A stretch of DNA of 32,000 nt from Candidatus Saccharimonadota bacterium (GTDB lineage: Bacteria; Pseudomonadota; Gammaproteobacteria; Enterobacterales; Enterobacteriaceae), in assembly GCA_049942775.1 (NCBI GenBank), contig CP188087.1, positions 360,001 to 392,000 on the forward strand, given 5' to 3'. A program made the position numbers and the translations under genes. The notes under the pieces are model-generated. The model ran no database searches, had not been told where the DNA came from, and saw only the letters and a list, made by a program, of their open reading frames with translations. Positions 22,147 to 30,975 of the stretch are shown in pieces. The stretch's first letter is position 1; every line of letters starts with the position of its first letter.

Positions 22147-22758
22147 ATGAAAAAAATAATTTTTGTTATTGTTTTTATTTTCTCATGTAAAGTAAATTCA
22201 CAAACTTTTTTAGAAGGAACGAATTATATTCGACTTCCACATCCAATAAAAAATGCTGCTACTATAACTGAGTATTTTTCCTTTTATTGCAAATATTGTT
22301 ATCAATTTGAAAAAGAACTACATCTTTATTCACATTTAAGTAAAAATATAAAAATAAATTCATATCATTTAGAATTTTTTAAAAATAAACAAGAAAAAAT
22401 ACTAACTCATATTTGGTCCATAGCTAAACTTATTCATGTAGAAAACAAAATCATTTTACCAATGTTTGAATTCATAAATGAAACGAAAAGCAAAATCAAC
22501 TTTCAAACAATAAAAAAAATATTTATAGAAAATACAAATATTTCAAAACAAGAATTTAATAAATTATGGAATAGTTATTCTGTATTAAACCTTATTACTG
22601 AAAATAAAAAACAAAGTAAAAAAATCTATTTATCTTATGTTCCTCAAATTATTATTAATGGAAAATATACAATTCTAACAGAATCTTTAAATGCTGATTC
22701 ATTAGAAAATTTTATCCTAGAATATACTAAAATAATTAAATACTTAATAAAAAAATGA
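22147..22758 (+). CDS. dsbA: Periplasmic thiol:disulfide oxidoreductase DsbA (active site CKYC)
   Basis: There is an N-terminal signal peptide. EYFSFYCKYCYQFE aligns with E. coli EFFSFFCPHCYQFE. The cis-Pro region YVPQIIINGKY aligns with GVPAMFVNGKY, and the C-terminus ends KYL..KK. Confidence 0.9.
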   Translation: MKKIIFVIVFIFSCKVNSQTFLEGTNYIRLPHPIKNAATITEYFSFYCKYCYQFEKELHLYSHLSKNIKINSYHLEFFKNKQEKILTHIWSIAKLIHVENKIILPMFEFINETKSKINFQTIKKIFIENTNISKQEFNKLWNSYSVLNLITENKKQSKKIYLSYVPQIIINGKYTILTESLNADSLENFILEYTKIIKYLIKK

Positions 22759-23651
22759 AAAAACCAAAAATTATATTAATTGACGGAACATTTTATTTAT
22801 ATAAATTTTATTATACTTTTCCTACTTTTCAAAATAAAAAAAAAGAACCTACTGGAGCAATTTTTGGATTAATAAACATGATTTCTAAAATGTTTGTTTT
22901 ATACAATCCTAAAAATTTAATTGTTATTTTTGATTCACCTATAAAGAATTTTAGAAAGATATTATTTTCAAAATACAAATCCAACAGAAAAAAAATGCCA
23001 TTGCTTTTGCAAAAACAAATTGTTCATATAATTAAAATTATTAAATATTTAGGAATTCCAGTAGTAATAGTTTCTAAATTTGAAGCAGATGATGTAATTG
23101 GAACACTTAGCAAAATGTATGAAAAAAAAGATTACTCTGTTTTTATCAGTACTAAAGATAAAGATATGGCTCAATTAGTATCTAAACAAATAAAAATAAT
23201 TGATGGAACAAACAAAAAAATTCTTGGAATTGTAGAAATAAAAAAAAAATATGGAGTGTTTCCAAAACAAATATGCGATTTTTTAGGATTAATAGGAGAT
23301 AATTCAGACAATATACCAGGAGTTAAAGGAATTGGAAAAAAAACAGCAATACTACTGTTAGAAAAATTTGATTCTATAAAAGAGATATATAATGATATAA
23401 ACAAAATATCAAACATACCAGTAAAAAGATCAAATAATATTCAAAAAATAATCAAAAACAATAAAAAAAAAGCGTTTCTATCCAAAACACTTGCAACTAT
23501 CAATACTAATGTACCAATTAAAATTAAAAAAAAACAACTAAAATTAAAAAATTTAAACAAAAGAAAAATAAAAATATTATTAAAAAAATTTGAATTTAAA
23601 AATTGGAAAAATATAATCAATATGTTTTTAAAAAAAAAATTACTTAAATAA
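22755..23651 (+). CDS. polA: DNA polymerase I, 5'-3' exonuclease (FEN-like) domain as a separate cistron
   Basis: LIDGTFYLYKFYY, EADDVIGTL, ISTKDKDMAQL and GDNSDNIPGVKGIGKKTA are colinear with E. coli PolA residues about 1-320. The start overlaps the dsbA stop (ATGA at 22755..22758). Confidence 0.92.
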   Translation: MKKPKIILIDGTFYLYKFYYTFPTFQNKKKEPTGAIFGLINMISKMFVLYNPKNLIVIFDSPIKNFRKILFSKYKSNRKKMPLLLQKQIVHIIKIIKYLGIPVVIVSKFEADDVIGTLSKMYEKKDYSVFISTKDKDMAQLVSKQIKIIDGTNKKILGIVEIKKKYGVFPKQICDFLGLIGDNSDNIPGVKGIGKKTAILLLEKFDSIKEIYNDINKISNIPVKRSNNIQKIIKNNKKKAFLSKTLATINTNVPIKIKKKQLKLKNLNKRKIKILLKKFEFKNWKNIINMFLKKKLLK

Positions 23652-23660
23652 CAATAAAAA

Positions 23661-25376
23661 ATGAACGAAAACAAATTAAAAAAATATATAAAAAAAATAG
23701 AAAAATTAGATTGTTTCTCTATTTTTTTAGAAAAAACACATAATAAAGAAATTGTTGAGATTAGTATATATTCTCCTAAAGAAAAATCTATTATTTATTT
23801 TGATTGTTCTAACAATAAAAAAAAAAACAAATTTAATATTAAATTTGTTTTAAGTAATCTAAAACCATATTTAGAAAATTCAAATATAAAAAAAATTGGA
23901 TATGACTTTAAATCAGACTATCTATTATTAAAAAAAGAAAATATAAGCTTGTCAGGAATATACTTTGACACAATGTTAGGATTATATATAATAGATCCGT
24001 TTTTAAAAAAAGAAACAGAAAAAGAAAAAAAAAAACATATTGATTTCCTAACAGAAGAACTTTTAAATAATAAAAATCACGTAAGAAAAAAATCTAAAAT
24101 AAATTTCTATTTATATAAAAAAATTAACTATTTCCTAAAAAAGGATAAAATAAGTAAAAAAATATTCGAAAAAATTGATATTCCGATCATATCAGTAATT
24201 GCAAGAATGGAAATGAATGGAATTCTTATAGACAAAAAAATACTAAAAAAACAACTAAATGAAATAAATAAAAAATTATCGAATACAAAAAAAAACATAC
24301 AAAAACTAGAAAAAGAAAAATTTAATTTTTCCTCAAATAAACAAACCATTCAAATTTTATTAAAAAGAAATTTAATTTTAGATAAAAAAACAAAAAAAGG
24401 AAAAATATCAATTGATAAATCAGTCTTGAAAAGACTGTCAAAAAATGATCCTTTTCCAAAAAATATTTTAAAGTATCGTAGTTTAAAAAAAACAAAATCT
24501 AACTATATTATAAAGTTAATAAACTTAATAAATGAAAAAACAAAAAAAATACATACTTCTTACTATCAAACAACAACAATTAGTGGAAGAATTTCTTCCA
24601 AATCTCCAAATCTACAAAATATTCCTGTAAAAAAACAAGAAGACAGAAAAATAAGAAAGTCATTTATTCCAACTAAAGGTAATGTATTGTTATCAGCTGA
24701 TTATTCTCAAATTGAATTAAGAATAATTGCACATTTATCGAAAGATAAAAAATTAATTAAAAATTTCAAAGAAAACGAAGATGTTCATCTTTTAACAGCT
24801 TCTAACATATTTTCAAAAACAACTGAAAAAATTTCAATACAACAAAGACAATTTGCAAAAATTATAAATTTTTGTCTAATTTATGGAATAAGTGATTTTG
24901 GATTATCTAAAAAACTAAATATTAGTTTAAAAAATGCAAAAAAATATAAAGAAACATATTATAAAAAATATAAAAAAATACCTATTTTTTTCAAAAAAAT
25001 AATTAAGAAAACAAAAGAAAATGGATACATAACAACTATTACTGGAAGAAAAATAAATATTAACAACATCAACTCAAAAAATGTTTCTAGTCAACGATCA
25101 GCAGAAAGACAAGCTATAAATCTTACGATTCAAGGATCAGTTGCAGATATGCTAAAAATTGCAATGATAAAAATTGATAAATTAATACAAAAACAATTTA
25201 TTTTAAAAGCAAAAATGCTAATTCAAATACATGATGAATTGATTTTTGAAATTAAAAAAAAATATGTCATAAAACTAAAAAAATACATTTACAAAATAAT
25301 GAAAAATAGTTTAACAATGCAAGTACCCATTGAGATAAACATCAAAATTGGAGAAAATTGGAATCAATTATTCTAA
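23661..25376 (+). CDS. polA: DNA polymerase I, Klenow-like fragment (degenerate 3'-5' exo domain plus polymerase domain) as a separate cistron
   Basis: Motif A LSADYSQIELRIIAHLS, motif B RQFAKIINFCLIYG and motif C QIHDELIFE are present, as are HTSYYQTTTISGRISSKSPNLQNIP and FDTMLGLYII. The ORF is in the same frame as 22755..23651 and is separated from it by TAA CAA TAA AAA. Confidence 0.9.
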   Translation: MNENKLKKYIKKIEKLDCFSIFLEKTHNKEIVEISIYSPKEKSIIYFDCSNNKKKNKFNIKFVLSNLKPYLENSNIKKIGYDFKSDYLLLKKENISLSGIYFDTMLGLYIIDPFLKKETEKEKKKHIDFLTEELLNNKNHVRKKSKINFYLYKKINYFLKKDKISKKIFEKIDIPIISVIARMEMNGILIDKKILKKQLNEINKKLSNTKKNIQKLEKEKFNFSSNKQTIQILLKRNLILDKKTKKGKISIDKSVLKRLSKNDPFPKNILKYRSLKKTKSNYIIKLINLINEKTKKIHTSYYQTTTISGRISSKSPNLQNIPVKKQEDRKIRKSFIPTKGNVLLSADYSQIELRIIAHLSKDKKLIKNFKENEDVHLLTASNIFSKTTEKISIQQRQFAKIINFCLIYGISDFGLSKKLNISLKNAKKYKETYYKKYKKIPIFFKKIIKKTKENGYITTITGRKININNINSKNVSSQRSAERQAINLTIQGSVADMLKIAMIKIDKLIQKQFILKAKMLIQIHDELIFEIKKKYVIKLKKYIYKIMKNSLTMQVPIEINIKIGENWNQLF

Positions 25377-25985
25377 CTAATAAATATCATTTAAAAAAAA
25401 ATTATTAATTTTTTCTTGTAGTTCTTTAATTTTATTCTTTTCTTTAATAGAAATAACTATTATTTCTATTTTATAAAAAAAACAAGAAATCTGTTTTTTT
25501 AAAACTAAAAATTGTTTTCTTAATAAATTTTTTTTTAATTTATCTGATTTGGTTAAAACAATAATAAAACGTTTTTTGTTTTTAATTAAATATTTTATGA
25601 TGAAAAAATCAAGTAAACGCAATAAACGTCTACTATCAACTACAAGCAGAACACCTACTAAACAAATACTGTGATTTAAATACATTTTCAGTAATTTTTT
25701 TATATTTTCTTTATTTCTTTTTGACAATTTAGAATAACCATATCCAGGTAAATCTACTAGACGATATCCAGAAACAATTTCAAAAAAATTAATTGATTTA
25801 GTGCATCCTAATTTATTACTAGTTCTAGATAAAAAATTATTTTTTGATAAAAAATTTACTAAACTTGATTTTCCGGAATTAGAAAATCCTATAAAAGCAA
25901 CCTCTTTTCCATGATTAAACAAATATTTTTTTTCTGTATTAACTATACTAGTCAAAAAAACAGTATTTTGATATTTTCTAAACAT
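25377..25985 (-). CDS. engB: Ribosome biogenesis GTPase EngB (YihA)
   Basis: EVAFIGFSNSGKSSLVNFL (G1), RTS...G.T..INFFE, LVDLPGYGYS and LTKSDKL (G4) are colinear with E. coli YihA. Confidence 0.9.
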   Translation of the reverse strand: MFRKYQNTVFLTSIVNTEKKYLFNHGKEVAFIGFSNSGKSSLVNFLSKNNFLSRTSNKLGCTKSINFFEIVSGYRLVDLPGYGYSKLSKRNKENIKKLLKMYLNHSICLVGVLLVVDSRRLLRLLDFFIIKYLIKNKKRFIIVLTKSDKLKKNLLRKQFLVLKKQISCFFYKIEIIVISIKEKNKIKELQEKINNFFLNDIY

Positions 25986-26148
25986 ATAGAATACTCCTAA
26001 TAAGAAAATAGATTATAATAAAACTTTAAAAAACCTATCAAAAAGTCCTATTTTGTCAAATTAATTAACAATTAAACATCATTAAAAATAATAATAGTTC
26101 AATTTAATATAAAATACATCATATAAATAACTAGGAAAACAACTAATT

Positions 26149-27972
26149 ATGAATCAAAATTTGAGAAATGTAGCTATTGTAGCTCATGTGGATCATGGAA
26201 AAACAACTCTAATCGATAAATTATTACAACAAGCAGGAACATTTAAAGAACATGAAGAAAAAAAAGAAAGAATACTAGATTCTAACGAATTAGAGAAAGA
26301 AAGAGGAATAACTATCTTATCTAAAAATATTGCAATCCAATGGAATGGATATCATATAAATATTGTAGATACTCCAGGCCATTCTGATTTTGGAGGAGAG
26401 GTAGAACGAATATTATCTATGGTTGATTCAGTATTATTAATTGTTGATGCTACTGAAGGTCCTATGCCTCAAACACGTTTTGTCACAAAAAAAGCTTTTG
26501 AATATAAATTGAATCCAATTGTTGTAATTAACAAAATTGATAGAGAAAATTCTCGTCCGAACTGGGTTTTAGATCAAGTATTTGATCTTTTTATAGAACT
26601 CGATGCAAACGAAAAGCAATTAGATTTCCCAATTGTTTATTGTTCTGCAATTCAAGGGACTTCTGGAAAAAACCTAAAAAAAATAAAAAATAATATGGAC
26701 GAAATATATAAAACGATTATAAATTATGTTCCAGCACCTAAAAAAAACTATCACAAAAAACTACAAATGCAAATTTCTCAATTAGACTATGATAATTATC
26801 TTGGAATAATTGGAATTGGAAGAATAAAACAAGGAAAAATAAAAAACAATCAACAAGTAAATGTAATTAATACAAACGGTATTATTAAAGTTGGAAAAAT
26901 ACAACAAGTATTAAGCTATATGGGTTTAAAAAGAATACCATGTGATTTTGCTTTGTCTGGATCAATAGTAGCAATCACAGGATTAGAAAAAATAAATATT
27001 TCTGATACTATTTGTGAAATAAATACAATAAAACCATTACCAAAGTTAAATATAGATAAACCAACAATTAAAATGTATTTTTCTGTAAATAAATCTCCTT
27101 TTTCTGGAAAAGAAGGAAAATATATAACATCTAATCAAATCTATAAAAGACTAAAAAAAGAACTGATACATAATGTTGCTTTAAAAGTTGAAAAAACAGA
27201 AAATTCAAATACATTCTGTGTACATGGAAGAGGAGAATTACACTTATCAATATTAATTGAAAATATGCGTAGAGAAGGATTTGAATTAGAAGTATCTAGA
27301 CCTAAAGTTATATTTTTAAAAAAAAATGACATTCTACAAGAACCATTTGAAAATGTAACTTTAGACATAGAAAATAAACATCAAGGAATAGTTATGAATT
27401 TTATTGGGGATAAGAGAGGAACTATAAAAAATATAATAATACATAAAAATGGAAGAATACGACTAGATTATTTACTATCTAGTCGAACATTAATAGGATT
27501 TAGAACAGAATATTTAAACATTACTTCAGGAACTGGTTTGTTTTATTCTTCTTTTAGTCACTATAAAGAAGTCAACAATCAAACTGAAACTAGGAATAGA
27601 AAAAATGGAGTACTAATCGCAAATAAAACAGGAACTGCTGTTGCATTCTCTTTGTTTAATTTACAAGATAGAGGTAAATTACTAGTAAATCATGGGGAAA
27701 AAATATATGAAGGACAAATAATTGGAATACATAATCGTTCTAATGATTTAACTGTAAATTGTCTTACTGGAAAAAAATTGACTAATATGAGAGCTTCCGG
27801 TACTGATGAAGCAATTAATCTAATTAATATAAAACAAATGACGCTAGAAAGTGCATTAAGTTTTATTAATGAAGATGAACTAGTTGAAATTACTCCTAAT
27901 TCTATTAGAATTAGAAAAAAACAAATTACAGAAAATGAAAGAAAAATTTTAAAAAGAAAAACAAAAAGATAA
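26149..27972 (+). CDS. typA: Translational GTPase TypA/BipA
   Basis: [44 protein letters not shown] and NKIDR match BipA. Length is 607 aa, the same as E. coli BipA. Confidence 0.96.
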   Translation: MNQNLRNVAIVAHVDHGKTTLIDKLLQQAGTFKEHEEKKERILDSNELEKERGITILSKNIAIQWNGYHINIVDTPGHSDFGGEVERILSMVDSVLLIVDATEGPMPQTRFVTKKAFEYKLNPIVVINKIDRENSRPNWVLDQVFDLFIELDANEKQLDFPIVYCSAIQGTSGKNLKKIKNNMDEIYKTIINYVPAPKKNYHKKLQMQISQLDYDNYLGIIGIGRIKQGKIKNNQQVNVINTNGIIKVGKIQQVLSYMGLKRIPCDFALSGSIVAITGLEKINISDTICEINTIKPLPKLNIDKPTIKMYFSVNKSPFSGKEGKYITSNQIYKRLKKELIHNVALKVEKTENSNTFCVHGRGELHLSILIENMRREGFELEVSRPKVIFLKKNDILQEPFENVTLDIENKHQGIVMNFIGDKRGTIKNIIIHKNGRIRLDYLLSSRTLIGFRTEYLNITSGTGLFYSSFSHYKEVNNQTETRNRKNGVLIANKTGTAVAFSLFNLQDRGKLLVNHGEKIYEGQIIGIHNRSNDLTVNCLTGKKLTNMRASGTDEAINLINIKQMTLESALSFINEDELVEITPNSIRIRKKQITENERKILKRKTKR

Positions 27973-28007
27973 ACCAAAACTTAAAAAAAAAAAAAATAAA
28001 ATAAAAT

Positions 28008-28037
28008 AAAATCTTCAATTTTATTGAAGATTTTTTT
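28008..28037. terminator. Rho-independent-type terminator between convergent typA and gmk (11-bp stem aaaatcttcaa/ttgaagatttt, 5-nt loop, T7 tail; an A14 run lies upstream at 27983..27996)
   Basis: The stem, loop and T-run were read directly. A-rich sequence upstream, including the A14 run 11 nt before the stem, could supply a U-rich tail on the other strand. Confidence 0.75.
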
Positions 28038-28075
28038 AAAATATAAACAAAAAAAATTTTTATAAATACAGTTTA

Positions 28076-28717
28076 TTAATTTAGTAATAATTTTTCTTTT
28101 ATTAATTTTTCAATTAAAAAATTATATTTTTTTTTCTGATAATAAATTTGTGACATTTTAGATTTAATAATTAACTCTAATTCTAAAATTGCTGAATTTA
28201 AATCATCATTAATAATAACATAATCATATTCTTTATAATGCATTATTTCTGAAATTGATAAATTGATACGATCATAAATTACCGAATCACTATCTTGATT
28301 TCTATTTCTTAATCTTCTATACAACTCTTTTTTTGAAGGAGGTAATAAAAAAATACTACAAGTTTTTTTTACCAACGATCTAATTTGTTTAGCTCCTTGC
28401 CAATCAATATCCAAAAAAACACTGATTCCTTTTGATAAAAAATGATATATATTTTTTTTAGAAGTTCCATAATAATGATTAAATACTTTTGCATACTCTA
28501 AAAAAAAATTTTTCTTTATCATACAATGAAATTGTTTTTTAGAAATAAAATAATAATGTTTTCCTTGACATTCTCCAGGTCTATTACTTCTAGTAGTATA
28601 AGAAATTGATGATTTTATATTTAATAAAAAATTTTTTTTCAAAAATTCTTTAATTAAACTAGATTTTCCGGTTCCACTTGGAGCAGAAATAATAAATAAA
28701 ATACCTTCTTGATTCAT
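28076..28717 (-). CDS. gmk: Guanylate kinase
   Basis: LFIISAPSGTGKSSLIKEFLKK, YTTR..RPGE..G..YYF and the ~210 aa size match Gmk. Confidence 0.94.
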   Translation of the reverse strand: MNQEGILFIISAPSGTGKSSLIKEFLKKNFLLNIKSSISYTTRSNRPGECQGKHYYFISKKQFHCMIKKNFFLEYAKVFNHYYGTSKKNIYHFLSKGISVFLDIDWQGAKQIRSLVKKTCSIFLLPPSKKELYRRLRNRNQDSDSVIYDRINLSISEIMHYKEYDYVIINDDLNSAILELELIIKSKMSQIYYQKKKYNFLIEKLIKEKLLLN

Positions 28718-28769
28718 ATTATTAAATTAATTTTAAGTGTATAAAACTTTTTATAAAGTTTATTTATTT

Positions 28770-29789
28770 CTAAATTACCAAAAAATTTTTTTTTAAATCA
28801 AAAATATATATTTCTTTTTCTAATGTTATTTTTTTTGTTAATACCACTTGCATCCAAAAATAACCGTCGTATGTTCTAAATTTAAATAAAACTAATCCAG
28901 AATTAAGTTTATTCTTATTAAATTTAATTTTTAAAATAGAATTTAATTTAATCTTATTTTCTAACGAAATTCCCTTCAAATTATATAATCTTTTAGAATT
29001 ATTTTTAAAATAATGAATTTTTGTTATAATTTCTTGACCTAAATAACAACCCTTATTAACACTTATTCCATTTAATAAATCTAAATTAACATCTTGTGGA
29101 AAAAATTTCAACATCATATCATAATCAATAATAGGATATCCAGATTCAACTTCTAAAGAATTCCATTGAATAGAAGAACTGATTGATAGTTTTTTAATAT
29201 TTTTTTTTCTAAAAACTTTAAAAAAAGACTTATTTAAAATCAATAAAAATCGTTCTATTGGATTTTTAAATTTTAGAACGCTCATAAAGTTCGAATGTTC
29301 GATCATTTTCTCTTTAGAAAATGTATTAATATAATTTTTTAATATTTTTTTTACATTTTTTCCAATCAAACCAACTAAAATTAAATTAATTTCTTCAACG
29401 ATATTAACATCAGAAAAAATTGAATATTTTTTAAGTTCTAATATTATTCTTTTTGTGACAGATTTTCTAAAAATACAAAGAAAACCATTTTTATAACGAA
29501 ATACTCTACAAGTACTCCAGACCTTACCTTTGTTATTACAATAAGCAGAAAAATAATATTTTTCAGAACTAAAAGAAAATATGTCAACTGTTAATTGTGT
29601 TTGTAAATATTTTTCACTATCTGGTCCGTTAATAAATATACAAGACCAATCATTTAACAAGATAAAAGAATCTGGTATTTCTTGAGAAGAAGAATAAACG
29701 AATTTTTCTTTTACATTAGTCATAATTGTACTTTCCAAACTTTTAAAAAAGTTCATATTAATAAAATTTTTAAATTTTATAAAAAACAT
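28770..29789 (-). CDS. ygfZ: tRNA-modifying / folate-binding protein YgfZ
   Basis: LLNDWSCIFINGPDSEKYLQTQLTVD aligns with E. coli [25 protein letters not shown], and the KGCYLGQE signature is present. The start is uncertain: the Met codons at 29789, 29756 and 29723 are all possible. Confidence 0.85.
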   Translation of the reverse strand: MFFIKFKNFINMNFFKSLESTIMTNVKEKFVYSSSQEIPDSFILLNDWSCIFINGPDSEKYLQTQLTVDIFSFSSEKYYFSAYCNNKGKVWSTCRVFRYKNGFLCIFRKSVTKRIILELKKYSIFSDVNIVEEINLILVGLIGKNVKKILKNYINTFSKEKMIEHSNFMSVLKFKNPIERFLLILNKSFFKVFRKKNIKKLSISSSIQWNSLEVESGYPIIDYDMMLKFFPQDVNLDLLNGISVNKGCYLGQEIITKIHYFKNNSKRLYNLKGISLENKIKLNSILKIKFNKNKLNSGLVLFKFRTYDGYFWMQVVLTKKITLEKEIYIFDLKKNFLVI

Positions 29790-29865
29790 TTTCTCATTTA
29801 AAAAAACACTGATAAACTAAAAAAGATTTACTAAAAATATAAAAAACAAAAATGAGAAAATAATT

Positions 29866-30963
29866 ATGTCAGAAAGTAATACAATAAGAAATAAAATTAT
29901 AGAAATTAATAAAGAAACTAAAAAACTTTGGAGGAACCTTTGATTACAAAGTAAAAAAAAAAAACTAAATATAATTTCAGAAAAATTAAATAAAATAAAA
30001 AATTGGAATAATCCAAAAAAAATAAAAGAATTGCACGAAAAAAAAAACTTTTTAGAAAAAATTGTTAAACCTTTAGAAATAATTAAAAATTCTATTCAAG
30101 ATATAAATGATTTGTTTAAAATAATAGAAAACACTTCTGATTTCTCAATGTTACAAGAAATTAAAACAGAAATTTTAGAAATAGAAAAAAAAATTCAAAA
30201 TATAAAAAAAATACATTTTTTTACAAAAAAAGAAGACAAATATAATTGTTATATAGATATACAATCTGGTTCTGGTGGTATTGAATCTCAGGATTGGGCG
30301 AAAATTCTTCTTAAAATGTATTTACGTTGGTGCGAATTAAAAAAATTTAAAACTAAAATTATAGAACAAACAATTGGTGAAATAATTGGAATTAAATCAG
30401 CAACCATTAAAATTTCTGGAAAATTTTCTTTCGGATGGATGAGAACAGAAAGTGGAATACATCGATTAGTTAGAAAAAGTCCTTTCGATACAGGAAACCG
30501 CAGACATACTTCTTTTTGTTCAATTTTCGTATACCCGGATATTTATAAAAATAAAGAAATTAAAATTGATACATCTGAATTGCGAATTGATGTTTATAGA
30601 TCATCTGGAGCTGGAGGACAACATGTTAATAGAACAGAATCAGCAGTTCGTATTACTCACTTACCTACAGGAATCATTACACAATGCCAAAAAAATCGAT
30701 CTCAACATAAAAATAAAGAACAAGCTTTAAAACAAATTAAAGAGAAATTAACTCAATTACAAAATAAAAAAGAAGAAATACAAAAAAAAAAAATAGAAAA
30801 TAAAAAATCTAATATTACTTGGGGACAACAAATTCGTTCTTATGTATTAGATCAATCTAGAATTAAAGATTTAAGAACTGGCATTGAAACCAGAAAAATA
30901 AACGAAGTATTAAACGGAAATTTAGAATTATTTATTCTATCTAACTTACAACTCGAATTATAG
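29866..30963 (+). CDS. prfB: Peptide chain release factor 2, with the programmed +1 frameshift site and an additional frame problem in an A12 tract
   Basis: ORF1 (MSESNTIRNKIIEINKETKKLWRNL-TGA) has 25 codons before the UGA, as in E. coli. The body contains SPF (RKSPFD), GGQ (SGAGGQHVNRTESAVRITH) and QIRSYVLD. See the findings for the frame arithmetic. Confidence 0.93.
29930..29943 (+). promoter_or_regulatory. RF2 autoregulatory recoding site: SD-like GGAGG, 3-nt spacer, CTT TGA
   Basis: ggagg aac ctt tga t has the same architecture as E. coli AGGGGG UAU CUU UGA C. Confidence 0.9.
29953..29964 (+). repeat. Poly(A) tract, 12 nt, in prfB, starting 10 nt after the last base of the UGA shift codon
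   Basis: Counted directly: gtaaaaaaaa aaaac. Confidence 0.9.
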
Positions 30964-30975
30964 GGCACTTCTTAA

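Noticed and set aside
29852-29863. A mini-ORF ATG AGA AAA TAA (M-R-K) 2 nt upstream of the prfB ATG, considered as a possible leader peptide
   Set aside because: Three codons in A/T-rich sequence are expected by chance. Nothing else supports it, and the known prfB regulation is already explained by the internal UGA site.
29941-29943. Reassignment of UGA to Trp as the explanation for the in-frame TGA in prfB
   Set aside because: TGA terminates ffh (1595..1597) and dsbA (22756..22758) at positions matching the homologues' C-termini. prfB itself is retained with SPF and GGQ motifs, and the SD-like/CUU-UGA shift cassette and the post-shift D-Y codons are conserved.
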